Below are positions 1 to 13,704 of a stretch of 64,000 bases of DNA, in pieces (the first letter of the stretch is position 1; the number at the start of each line of letters is the position of its first letter). The notes beneath the pieces were generated by a model that was not told where the DNA came from, made no database searches, and was given only the letters and a program-made list of their open reading frames with translations. The translations under genes were made by a program, and so were the position numbers. This DNA comes from Eledone cirrhosa (Eukaryota): contig OZ024746.1 in assembly GCA_964016885.1 (NCBI GenBank), positions 30,442,001-30,506,000 of the forward strand, written 5' to 3'.

Positions 1-63
<63 letters not shown>

Positions 64-72
64 GTGTGTGTG

Positions 73-350
73 AAGGTGCGCGGTTTATTGGTTAGAGAGT
101 TGAATTCACAATCGGGAGGTTGTGAATTCGAATCCAGACCGGGCAATGCATTGTGTCCTTAAGCACGACACTTTCTTTCACGTTGCCCCCAGTTCATTCA
201 GCAACAAAAATGAGTTGTGACGTCACTGGAGCCAAGTTGTATCGGTCTTTGTCTTTTCCTTTTCCTTCGACAACATCGATGGCGTGCAGAGGTGAACTTT
301 CTAGGTATAAATCTCATGGTCATTCGTGACCATAGGCGATCTTTACCCTT
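73..350 (+). mobile_element. tRNA-derived SINE, family 1 (CORE-like central domain)
   Basis: Degenerate A box (CGGTTTATTGG) and B box (ATTCGAATCC), then TTGTGTCCTTAAGCACGACACTTTCTTTCACGTTGC. Diverged relatives recur across the window. End coordinate approximate. Confidence 0.65.
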
Positions 351-659
351 TATATATATATACAGATATATACAGATTTCGTCTCACTCGCAGCTATTTT
401 TAATGATATGCTTCACTGTAGGCAACTAATAAGATCGAAACATGCTTCTTGTTATCACCGGTTGGTTTTCAACACAATTTACAAATATTTGAATTAAACG
501 ATATTATTGGAGTTACATCTTTCTTGCCTGTAACTTTTAGAGATTCTCTTTGTCTCCTAATTACTTGGATAATCTCAGTTAATCCGGGTGGGAGTCTTTA
601 CTGTTTGTATATATTTTGCAGAAAGCGTCCTTGGAGCATTTCCCCTCAGCCATTTTGCA

Positions 660-1466
<807 letters not shown>

Positions 1467-1469
<3 letters not shown>

Positions 1470-4400
1470 AATTGAAACAAAATGAAAACGAAATTTCATT
1501 TCTCACTCTTAGTATGGCACTTACTTAAATGTAAGTATGCATGTATACGTACATACATATATGTATACAGACGTACAGTAGCATGCACATATATATACAT
1601 ATATACATACATATGCATACAGGTACACATACATATATGCACGTATCAGTTTAGCGGCGCTTATTATAACGTCGCTTTGTTCGTTTGTAAACAAACTGAA
1701 CAGCCTGAATTTATGCCATACGGTGTTAAGGCAACCACGTCACCTTTTTGTTCAACACTGACACAGGAACGATGTACTAGTTTCAAGCTTGTTAGCTATC
1801 ATCAGCACCGTTTACCCATCTGCCAGATAGTTGAACGTTCGAAAGTATATACTTCCCTTATGAAAATTAAGGCTGAGCAGCCTAATTTGCATATTGAGTG
1901 AGTTAAATCGGTCAGGCATACCGAAAACGATAAATTGAAACAAAATGAAAACGAAATTTCATTTCTCACTCTTAGTATGGCACTTACTTAAATGTAAGTA
2001 TGCATGTATACGTACATACATATATGTATACAGACGTACAGTAGCATGCACATATATATACATATATACATACATATGCATACAGGTACACATACATATA
2101 TGCACGTATCAGTTTAGCGGCGCTTATTATAACGTCGCTTTGTTCGTTTGTAAACAAACTGAACAGCCTGAATTTATGCCATACGGTGTTAAGGCAACCA
2201 CGTCACCTTTTTGTTCAACACTGACACAGGAACGATGTACTAGTTTCAAGCTTGTTAGCTATCATCAGCACCGTTTACCCATCTGCCAGATAGTTGAACG
2301 TTCGAAAGTATATACTTCCCTTATGAAAATTAAGGCTGAGCAGCCTAATTTGCATATTGAGTGAGTTAAATCGGTCAGGCATACCGAAAACGATAAATTG
2401 AAACAAAATGAAAACGAAATTTCATTTCTCACTCTTAGTATGGCACTTACTTAAATGTAAGTATGCATGTATACGTACATACATATATGTATACAGACGT
2501 ACAGTAGCATGCACATATATATACATATATACATACATATGCATACAGGTACACATACATATATGCACGTATCAGTTTAGCGGCGCTTATTATAACGTCG
2601 CTTTGTTCGTTTGTAAACAAACTGAACAGCCTGAATTTATGCCATACGGTGTTAAGGCAACCACGTCACCTTTTTGTTCAACACTGACACAGAAACGATG
2701 TACTAGTTTCAAGCTTGTTAGCTATCATCAGCACCGTTTACCCATCTGCCAGATAGTTGAACGTTCGAAAGTATATACTTCCCTTATGAAAATTAAGGCT
2801 GAGCAGCCTAATTTGCATATTGAGTGAGTTAAATCGGTCAGGCATACCGAAAACGATAAATTGAAACAAAATGAAAACGAAATTTCATTTCTCACTCTTA
2901 GTATGGCACTTACTTAAATGTAAGTATGCATGTATACGTACATACATATATGTATACAGACGTACAGTAGCATGCACATATATATACATATATACATACA
3001 TATGCATACAGGTACACATACATATATGCACGTATCAGTTTAGCGGCGCTTATTATAACGTCGCTTTGTTCGTTTGTAAACAAACTGAACAGCCTGAATT
3101 TATGCCATACGGTGTTAAGGCAACCACGTCACCTTTTTGTTCAACACTGACACAGGAACGATGTACTAGTTTCAAGCTTGTTAGCTATCATCAGCACCGT
3201 TTACCCATCTGCCAGATAGTTGAACGTTCGAAAGTATATACTTCCCTTATGAAAATTAAGGCTGAGCAGCCTAATTTGCATATTGAGTGAGTTAAATCGG
3301 TCAGGCATACCGAAAACGATAAATTGAAACAAAATGAAAACGAAATTTCATTTCTCACTCTTAGTATGGCACTTACTTAAATGTAAGTATGCATGTATAC
3401 GTACATACATATATGTATACAGACGTACAGTAGCATGCACATATATATACATATATACATACATATGCATACAGGTACACATACATATATGCACGTATCA
3501 GTTTAGCGGCGCTTATTATAACGTCGCTTTGTTCGTTTGTAAACAAACTGAACAGCCTGAATTTATGCCATACGGTGTTAAGGCAACCACGTCACCTTTT
3601 TGTTCAACACTGACACAGGAACGATGTACTAGTTTCAAGCTTGTTAGCTATCATCAGCACCGTTTACCCATCTGCCAGATAGTTGAACGTTCGAAAGTAT
3701 ATACTTCCCTTATGAAAATTAAGGCTGAGCAGCCTAATTTGCATATTGAGTGAGTTAAATCGGTCAGGCATACCGAAAACGATAAATTGAAACAAAATGA
3801 AAACGAAATTTCATTTCTCACTCTTAGTATGGCACTTACTTAAATGTAAGTATGCATGTATACGTACATACATATATGTATACAGACGTACAGTAGCATG
3901 CACATATATATACATATATACATACATATGCATACAGGTACACATACATATATGCACGTATCAGTTTAGCGGCGCTTATTATAACGTCGCTTTGTTCGTT
4001 TGTAAACAAACTGAACAGCCTGAATTTATGCCATACGGTGTTAAGGCAACCACGTCACCTTTTTGTTCAACACTGACACAGAAACGATGTACTAGTTTCA
4101 AGCTTGTTAGCTATCATCAGCACCGTTTACCCATCTGCCAGATAGTTGAACGTTCGAAAGTATATACTTCCCTTATGAAAATTAAGGCTGAGCAGCCTAA
4201 TTTGCATATTGAGTGAGTTAAATCGGTCAGGCATACCGAAAACGATAAATTGAAACAAAATGAAAACGAAATTTCATTTCTCACTCTTAGTATGGCACTT
4301 ACTTAAATGTAAGTATGCATGTATACGTACATACATATATGTATACAGACGTACAGTAGCATGCACATATATATACATATATACATACATATGCATACAG

Positions 4401-5247
4401 GTACACATACATATATGCACGTATCAGTTTAGCGGCGCTTATTATAACGTCGCTTTGTTCGTTTGTAAACAAACTGAACAGCCTGAATTTATGCCATACG
4501 GTGTTAAGGCAACCACGTCACCTTTTTGTTCAACACTGACACAGGAACGATGTACTAGTTTCAAGCTTGTTAGCTATCATCAGCACCGTTTACCCATCTG
4601 CCAGATAGTTGAACGTTCGAAAGTATATACTTCCCTTATGAAAATTAAGGCTGAGCAGCCTAATTTGCATATTGAGTGAGTTAAATCGGTCAGGCATACC
4701 GAAAACGATAAATTGAAACAAAATGAAAACGAAATTTCATTTCTCACTCTTAGTATGGCACTTACTTAAATGTAAGTATGCATGTATACGTACATACATA
4801 TATGTATACAGACGTACAGTAGCATGCACATATATATACATATATACATACATATGCATACAGGTACACATACATATATGCACGTATCAGTTTAGCGGCG
4901 CTTATTATAACGTCGCTTTGTTCGTTTGTAAACAAACTGAACAGCCTGAATTTATGCCATACGGTGTTAAGGCAACCACGTCACCTTTTTGTTCAACACT
5001 GACACAGGAACGATGTACTAGTTTCAAGCTTGTTAGCTATCATCAGCACCGTTTACCCATCTGCCAGATAGTTGAACGTTCGAAAGTATATACTTCCCTT
5101 ATGAAAATTAAGGCTGAGCAGCCTAATTTGCATATTGAGTGAGTTAAATCGGTCAGGCATACCGAAAACGATAAATTGAAACAAAATGAAAACGAAATTT
5201 CATTTCTCACTCTTAGTATGGCACTTACTTAAATGTAAGTATGCATG
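1467..5247 (-). mobile_element. 463-bp HHR-containing tandem array, left arm (~8.2 units; ribozyme sense on minus strand)
   Basis: Exact 463-bp period (ORF starts 1482, 1945, 2408 ... 4723). HHR motif on minus strand at 1768-1812 and every +463 to 5009-5053. The sense 3' end (...TTTCAATTTAT) joins (TA)n at 1467. Confidence 0.9.
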
Positions 5248-5248
5248 C

Positions 5249-7785
5249 ACAAAAAAGGTGACGTGGTTGCCTTAACACCGTATGGCATAAATTCAGGCTG
5301 TTCAGTTTGTTTACAAACGAACAAAGCGACGTTATAATAAGCGCCGCTAAACTGATACGTGCATATATGTATGTGTACCTGTATGCATATGTATGTATAT
5401 ATGTATATATATGTGCATGCTACTGTACGTCTGTATACATATATGTATGTACGTATACATGCATACTTACATTTAAGTAAGTGCCATACTAAGAGTGAGA
5501 AATGAAATTTCGTTTTCATTTTGTTTCAATTTATCGTTTTCGGTATGCCTGACCGATTTAACTCACTCAATATGCAAATTAGGCTGCTCAGCCTTAATTT
5601 TCATAAGGGAAGTATATACTTTCGAACGTTCAACTATCTGGCAGATAGGTAAACGGTGCTGATGATAGCTAACAAGCTTGAAACTAGTACATCGTTCCTG
5701 TGTCAGTGTTGAACAAAAAGGTGACGTGGTTGCCTTAACACCGTATGGCATAAATTCAGGCTGTTCAGTTTGTTTACAAACGAACAAAGCGACGTTATAA
5801 TAAGCGCCGCTAAACTGATACGTGCATATATGTATGTGTACCTGTATGCATATGTATGTATATATGTATATATATGTGCATGCTACTGTACGTCTGTATA
5901 CATATATGTATGTACGTATACATGCATACTTACATTTAAGTAAGTGCCATACTAAGAGTGAGAAATGAAATTTCGTTTTCATTTTGTTTCAATTTATCGT
6001 TTTCGGTATGCCTGACCGATTTAACTCACTCAATATGCAAATTAGGCTGCTCAGCCTTAATTTTCATAAGGGAAGTATATACTTTCGAACGTTCAACTAT
6101 CTGGCAGATGGGTAAACGGTGCTGATGATAGCTAACAAGCTTGAAACTAGTACATCGTTCCTGTGTCAGTGTTGAACAAAAAGGTGACGTGGTTGCCTTA
6201 ACACCGTATGGCATAAATTCAGGCTGTTCAGTTTGTTTACAAACGAACAAAGCGACGTTATAATAAGCGCCGCTAAACTGATACGTGCATATATGTATGT
6301 GTACCTGTATGCATATGTATGTATATATGTATATATATGTGCATGCTACTGTACGTCTGTATACATATATGTATGTACGTATACATGCATACTTACATTT
6401 AAGTAAGTGCCATACTAAGAGTGAGAAATGAAATTTCGTTTTCATTTTGTTTCAATTTATCGTTTTCGGTATGCCTGACCGATTTAACTCACTCAATATG
6501 CAAATTAGGCTGCTCAGCCTTAATTTTCATAAGGGAAGTATATACTTTCGAACGTTCAACTATCTGGCAGATGGGTAAACGGTGCTGATGATAGCTAACA
6601 AGCTTGAAACTAGTACATCGTTCCTGTGTCAGTGTTGAACAAAAAGGTGACGTGGTTGCCTTAACACCGTATGGCATAAATTCAGGCTGTTCAGTTTGTT
6701 TACAAACGAACAAAGCGACGTTATAATAAGCGCCGCTAAACTGATACGTGCATATATGTATGTGTACCTGTATGCATATGTATGTATATATGTATATATA
6801 TGTGCATGCTACTGTACGTCTGTATACATATATGTATGTACGTATACATGCATACTTACATTTAAGTAAGTGCCATACTAAGAGTGAGAAATGAAATTTC
6901 GTTTTCATTTTGTTTCAATTTATCGTTTTCGGTATGCCTGACCGATTTAACTCACTCAATATGCAAATTAGGCTGCTCAGCCTTAATTTTCATAAGGGAA
7001 GTATATACTTTCGAACGTTCAACTATCTGGCAGATGGGTAAACGGTGCTGATGATAGCTAACAAGCTTGAAACTAGTACATCGTTCCTGTGTCAGTGTTG
7101 AACAAAAAGGTGACGTGGTTGCCTTAACACCGTATGGCATAAATTCAGGCTGTTCAGTTTGTTTACAAACGAACAAAGCGACGTTATAATAAGCGCCGCT
7201 AAACTGATACGTGCATATATGTATGTGTACCTGTATGCATATGTATGTATATATGTATATATATGTGCATGCTACTGTACGTCTGTATACATATATGTAT
7301 GTACGTATACATGCATACTTACATTTAAGTAAGTGCCATACTAAGAGTGAGAAATGAAATTTCGTTTTCATTTTGTTTCAATTTATCGTTTTCGGTATGC
7401 CTGACCGATTTAACTCACTCAATATGCAAATTAGGCTGCTCAGCCTTAATTTTCATAAGGGAAGTATATACTTTCGAACGTTCAACTATCTGGCAGATGG
7501 GTAAACGGTGCTGATGATAGCTAACAAGCTTGAAACTAGTACATCGTTCCTGTGTCAGTGTTGAACAAAAAGGTGACGTGGTTGCCTTAACACCGTATGG
7601 CATAAATTCAGGCTGTTCAGTTTGTTTACAAACGAACAAAGCGACGTTATAATAAGCGCCGCTAAACTGATACGTGCATATATGTATGTGTACCTGTATG
7701 CATATGTATGTATATATGTATATATATGTGCATGCTACTGTACGTCTGTATACATATATGTATGTACGTATACATGCATACTTAC

Positions 7786-7787
<2 letters not shown>
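5249..7787 (+). mobile_element. 463-bp HHR-containing tandem array, inverted right arm (~5.5 units)
   Basis: Reverse complement of the left-arm unit. HHR motifs at 5652, 6115, 6578, 7041 and 7504. Ends at ...CATGCATACTTACAT, running into (TA)n. Confidence 0.9.
5652..5696 (+). ncRNA. Minimal type I hammerhead ribozyme motif (representative of 20 copies)
   Basis: AACGGTG-CTGATGA-T-AGCT(AACA)AGCT-T-GAAA-CTAG-TA-CATCGTT. Stem I AACGGTG/CATCGTT (7 bp, one G-U), intact core boxes, palindromic stem III ACTAGT, GUA triplet with predicted cut after 5689. Stem II closes with a non-canonical U-U. Confidence 0.8.
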
Positions 7788-7860
<73 letters not shown>

Positions 7861-7926
7861 TATACATATACATATATATACATATACATATATAAATATA
7901 TATATATATATATTTATATATGTATA

Positions 7927-7960
<34 letters not shown>

Positions 7961-8153
7961 CATATATATATAGATATATATACATACATATATATATATA
8001 CATAAATATATATATATATATACATAAATATATATATATATATACATACATATATATATATATATACATAAATATATATATATATATATACATAAATATA
8101 TATATATATATACATAAATATATATATATATATACATAAATATATATATATAC

Positions 8154-8208
<55 letters not shown>

Positions 8209-8221
8209 TATATAGATATAT

Positions 8222-8300
<79 letters not shown>

Positions 8301-8313
8301 TATATAGATATAT

Positions 8314-8370
<57 letters not shown>

Positions 8371-8443
8371 TAGATATATATACATACATATATATATATA
8401 TATATACATACATATATACATACATATGTATATATATATATAC

Positions 8444-8486
<43 letters not shown>

Positions 8487-8661
8487 TATACATATATATA
8501 TATACATATATATACATATACATACATATATATACATATATATACATATACATACATATACATATACATATATATATACATATACATATACATATATATA
8601 CATATATATACATATATATACATATACATATACATATATATACATATATATACATATATAT

Positions 8662-8727
<66 letters not shown>
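7788..8727. repeat. Compound (TA)n microsatellite
   Basis: Seen directly. Confidence 0.95.
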
Positions 8728-8730
<3 letters not shown>

Positions 8731-9060
8731 TATCTCCGAAGTTTTAAAATGATTCAAACACGGTATTTGTAAATAAGATCATGTTGTCTACAATATAAAC
8801 TATGTCCCAAAGAAACCTGTCAGAAAATAGCAGAGTAATTTAGGAAAATATAATTTCCAAACAGCAAACGGGCATCAGTAGCTAAAGGCAACATATTGCC
8901 ATTGTACTACATGGTTGGCAGTAAACAGTGGAATTATAGTCATTATTGCCATTTCTAGTGTGCAGCTTGCAGATACACTGGATTGCATATACGTGAATTA
9001 GGAGTGTATTTAAATTAACGATAAAAACATGTATAAGAATATATAAATATAGGAATATAT

Positions 9061-9190
<130 letters not shown>

Positions 9191-9469
9191 GTATGACTGT
9201 ATATATACATATACAGAGAGAGAAAGGGAGAGCGAGAATGATATAGATCGATAGACATATATATATATATATATATAGGTATGTGTGTTTGTATGTATGT
9301 GTGGATATTATATGTGTGTGTGTATTTGTGTGAGCGTGTGTGTGTGTTAATTGACTGTTCCAAATGTATCTATTCGTTACTGATGTAGGAGATAGAACTG
9401 TTAGCGGTGGATTAGGAATTTGTAGAGTGTTAGGTGGAGTGTCAGCATTTACCAAAAACGTAAATGGGG

Positions 9470-10200
9470 TGCAATAGTAACTAAAGCGTTTCTTGAGGGC
9501 GACATCCCATTGAAAATATGTTGAGATGTTTAGACCAAGCACGGCTGAAAATTGCAAGAGATGCCTGGCCAATCAAAATGTATTTTTAATTATTGTTGAA
9601 AGTGAGATCGATGACCAAAACATGTATTTATTAGTTGAATTCAAAAAACGCTCTTAATAGGCTGTTTGCCACTCGAATCAGCTCTATATACTGCAGTATT
9701 CGCTCAGATCATCGATAATACGCTCAGTATGGCGGTTCCAAGAGTAAATTTTTTCCTACTATTGCCTGATGCTACTCGTCTATATGGTAACGAATTATGT
9801 ACCATAAGCTCTTCTACGTAACCTACTTTTCCTATTTACTGCACAACTATTCTCTAAAATTAAAAGCTTTCTATCCTGCAGCCGATTGTCTGATTGCCAC
9901 AGTTGAGAGCAATTCGGATACCCGCCTCAGCCAATTGTGACCAGGTAGGGTAACTGGTTTGGTGTCTGCAATTACTATGCTAATAACATTGTAGATGTTT
10001 CAGAAATTGAAGAGAGTTTTGAAGACGAAGGCATGTTGTTGCAGACATCCACAGAAGTTGTGCGAAATCCTGAGATCAAAACTAACCTCACCCAAATCTG
10101 TTCAAACTATCTGCAGATGAAAGAGTTAATTTTGAAAGCCGAATCAACAGCCTTCACCATCTACGATGCTTATAAAGTCCCAAAGAATTGAAATTCAACG
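9470..10200 (+). pseudogene. Degraded hAT-related (DUF659/CGGBP-like) transposase
   Basis: Manual translation gives collinear motifs VTKAFLEGDIPL, VFLIIVESEI, NFFLLLPDATR, LFYVT..LLHN and PPQPIVTR*GNWFGVCNYYANN. These match the family pattern AF..ADIPL, LLSDAARYM, HVTC.AH.LHN, PP.PV.TRWG.W. Stops and frameshifts are present. Confidence 0.7.
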
Positions 10201-10419
10201 AAGCTCCATGCTGCATCATGAATTACATTGATTATATTGATTTCGGATTCAATAAATACCAAATATATCATAAAGTAATCAAAACTAGAGTGAATTCTCT
10301 AATTTTTATGGATTTATTAATAATAATAGGTTAAAATGAGGTTAAAATATATCAACAAAGTTAAAAAATAAGGTTAAAAAATTATTAATAATTTTTTTTT
10401 TATATTGTTCCATCCTCCG

Positions 10420-10778
10420 TCTGTTTCGACGATCAGCATTCTGTTGTATTACAGACACTATACCCTTTGAATTACAGATACAGTCCATCTGACGGGCTTC
10501 AACACAGTTTCTGTCTACACAGTTTCACGTACAATTAACTTACAAGTACCTGAGCATTCCTCAAACATGTGCAGCCATAACTTAGTTCCCATGGAGATTC
10601 AGCGTAACACATGTGGAAAAAGTTGTATCTTTGAATTACGGATACAACTTATTTTTGCCAACTGAGAAGACTGAGGCAGCATGAAATAAATTGTCCTGGC
10701 GGGAAATACAACACACTGCTAGAAATAGAATTCTCGATTGTGAGATGGACACCCTAACCATTAAGCCATGCAACTACA
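10420..10778 (-). mobile_element. tRNA-derived SINE family 1, diverged
   Basis: Reverse complement begins GCATGGCTTAATGGTTAGGGTG (A box) and continues into the same central domain as 73-350. Confidence 0.55.
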
Positions 10779-10967
10779 CAACTTATTTAGTTATACCCGT
10801 GTTGATAAACGAGATTAAATAAATTATTTTTATACCTAATTCTTCTTTGGTATGTGACTGTATTTTCGAGTGAAGTAGTCGTAAATCGTTAATGTAACAA
10901 TTTTCAAAGGTATATATTTTGTGATATTTAACTATATGTGAAAATATAATATTAATACGCTGTATAT

Positions 10968-11205
10968 TTTACAGTTATACTTCTGTATACTATCTCCCTT
11001 CTTTACTGGTCTTTATTTTTATTTCTTGGGTTAAAATATAGTTTTGACACACCGATCACTTCTCATTATTGCCAAATTTGTTTTAACATTTTGCCATTAA
11101 GATGATTTATTTTTCTTTATATATTTTTATATATTTTTCCTTCATTTCGTACCAAAAAAAAACGAATATCAAATGCGTGATTAATTCCAAAAGTCAAATT
11201 CGTTT
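10968..11205 (+). repeat. Old dispersed direct repeat (~210-240 bp; partner ~12640-12829)
   Basis: Shared blocks TACAGTTATACTT, TTTTGACAC, TTGCCAA, TATCAAATGCG..ATTAATTC and AGTCAAATTCGTT in the same order. Confidence 0.6.
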
Positions 11206-11649
11206 ATGTTTTTATTAGCGGAAAAATTGGTTGATTTTTCTTTGTTTTTTCTTAATAGAAAATGTATCGAATTTTCTGCTCTTTTATCAAGTTAAGTGAT
11301 AAATCAGCCAAAATTGCCGCAGGAGACCTTAAAACAAACAACTAGTCAGTTAATAAAGAATACTACATAATGTTAAAGGTCGCATATAACAAACTGGAGG
11401 TGGGAGTTTTGAGGAGGAGGTGTCGTAGAGGTGGGAGTACTAGGGTGGTGTGGAGGATGTGGGAGGATTGAGAGGATGTGGGGGATGTGGCAGAGGCGGG
11501 ATTATTGGGGTGGTGTGGGGGTAAGTGGAAGTATTGGGGTGGTGTAGGGGAGGTGAAAGTAATATAGGGTATGGAGGATGTTGAAGGTTATGTAGGAATG
11601 GCTATTGTTTCTGAAACGTTTCTCTTTATATATAAAGTTGAAATGTTAA

Positions 11650-12200
11650 TAATAATCAAACTACACGCCCACCACTACCACATCACCAACCCCACAACCA
11701 TCAATACCACAACAGACATTAACAATATCCCAAACAAAACCAAACCCACATCCGCAACAACAACAGCAAATACAACAATGTGATAGAAACATCACACACT
11801 ATACAGCAATAAACACTAAAAACAGAAAACTATTGAACTACATACAACACAGCACTACAATTAGAGAAAAAGACTATATCACTTCTCAGAAAATTGTACT
11901 AACCATGAAATTTCGATGCAGGAACCCACAACTTGTCGGAAGGACAGATCAACCATCCTTCATCCTTCCTCAAAAAAATCTAAGGTAAGTGGTCTTTCCC
12001 ACTTTTTCCTCCTCTTCATCGAACATGGCCTCACTCAAGATAGGCAGTGTAAATGCACGTGGCCTGGCGTCGTCTTGGGAGCAGGGCTAGCTGTTCAATG
12101 ACATCAGGTCACTAGACATAGATGTGGTAGCCATCAGCGTGACCAAAGCTTCCGACTCACGAATGGTCACACACATTTTCACATCTCCAAGTTCAAGTGT
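11650..12200 (+). pseudogene. L1/Tx1-type LINE fragment (ORF1 tail and ORF2 endonuclease N-terminus)
   Basis: From 12024: MASLKIGSVNARGLASSWEQG*LFNDIRSLDIDVVAIS, homologous to MAVIRVGCLNVRGLGMAWKQGKLLNDLRSHRMDVIAIC of the LINE at ~63360. Confidence 0.7.
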
Positions 12201-12829
12201 CAGAGGAATGCTCAAACATTTATTTACATATTTATTTCATTGATGGGAAAAAAACTGGTGCACTCACCGTCGAAATTGATGGAGACCCATCATCGGTGCC
12301 TGTTTTATTACATCCCTTGCTTACTCTAATTTGGCTATTTCTTCTTATCTTTTCTTTTTGTTAGTAAAAGAACAGCTCTCGTAACACTTTTGCGGGATTC
12401 CAAGACTTGATTGGGCTGAGAGGAAGAGCTACCCTCAAAGCAAAGACCTCACCTAAATACTGGCAACTGAGAGTCTCGCAATGTCGTTTGTTAATACAGT
12501 ATACAACATTGAATAGGTTATTTTTTTAATATACTTCTTGACACGCAATTATATTTGCGAGTGAAATCATCATAAAAGGGTTAACTTGACGTTTGATGTG
12601 GTGTTTAACTAAATATATTGATACACACTAAATATACTCTACAGTTATACTTGCTGCTCTATTTATTTCTGAGGATAAAATATAATTTTGACACAATGGT
12701 CATTTCTTATTGTTGCCAAGTTTAGTCTAACATTTCGTCGATTGGATTTTTTTTTATTTATTTTGTTTCTTTTCTTAAAAAAATAAACAATTATCAAATG
12801 CGCCATTAATTCAAACAGTCAAATTCGTT

Positions 12830-13045
12830 GGTGGATTGGCAGAGACGATAGAGCGTCGGACAATATGCTTTGTGGCATAGAGTTGTAACCCTTTACACTC
12901 TGAGTTCAAATCCTGCAGAGGTTAGCTTTGCCTTTCATCCTTACGGGGTCAATAAAATAAAGTACCAGTGGTGTACTGGAGTCCATTTAATCGACTTTCC
13001 CCACCCCTTCAAATTACTGGCCTTGTGCCTAAACTAAAATCAATT
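12830..13045 (+). mobile_element. tRNA-derived SINE, family 2 (Meta-like central domain)
   Basis: A box TGGCAGAGACGATAG, B box GAGTTCAAATCC, then GCCTTTCATCCTTACGGGGTCAATAAAATAAAGTACCAG. Confidence 0.75.
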
Positions 13046-13305
13046 AATTATCAGTACAAAAGAAAAAATATAATTTTACTGTTCTGAGATGCTGTAGATT
13101 TTTGTGTGAGATAAATTGTTATAGACTGTCGTGACATGGACTACAGGGTTTAGGCTTTATTTCTGTTTTTATCGTATGGGGAATATCACCAGTTTAAAGA
13201 CGGAATGGAAGAAGATTGTGACTGATATTGGTACAATCAACTCATAACACTTAGTCTTCGTGACACTGACAATGATAAATCTTTAGAAAATTTAGTTCTT
13301 CGCAG

Positions 13306-13313
13306 ACTCTCTC

Positions 13314-13345
<32 letters not shown>

Positions 13346-13373
13346 CATCTACCTCTCTCTCCCTCTTTCTCTC

Positions 13374-13434
<61 letters not shown>

Positions 13435-13593
13435 TTCTCTCTCTCTCCCCCTCTCTCTCTCTTTATCTATCTATCTATCTACCTCTACCTCTCTCTCCTT
13501 CTTTCTCTCTCTTTCTCTTTCTCGCCCGCTGTCTCTCTCTCTATCTCTCTCTCTCGCTTTCTCTCTCTCTCCCCCTCTCTTTCTCTCTCCCTT

Positions 13594-13624
<31 letters not shown>

Positions 13625-13628
13625 CTCT
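13306..13628. repeat. (CT)n/(CTAT)n compound microsatellite
   Basis: Seen directly. Confidence 0.9.
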
Positions 13629-13704
13629 GACAAAAGGCCGTCAACTCTGTATCTATTCTATCTTGTCCGTGATGGTAATAAATTATATAAATATATATAT
13701 ATAA

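Noticed and set aside
1482-1901. 139-aa ORF repeated in every 463-bp unit
   Set aside because: It is antisense to the ribozyme, runs through decayed TA/CA repeat, has no recognisable domain, and is broken in the diverged copy at 17340-17730.
1467-7787. CRISPR-like or snRNA/5S gene array
   Set aside because: There are no variable spacers and no recognisable snRNA, tRNA or 5S sequence. The ATGCAAAT octamer alone is insufficient evidence.
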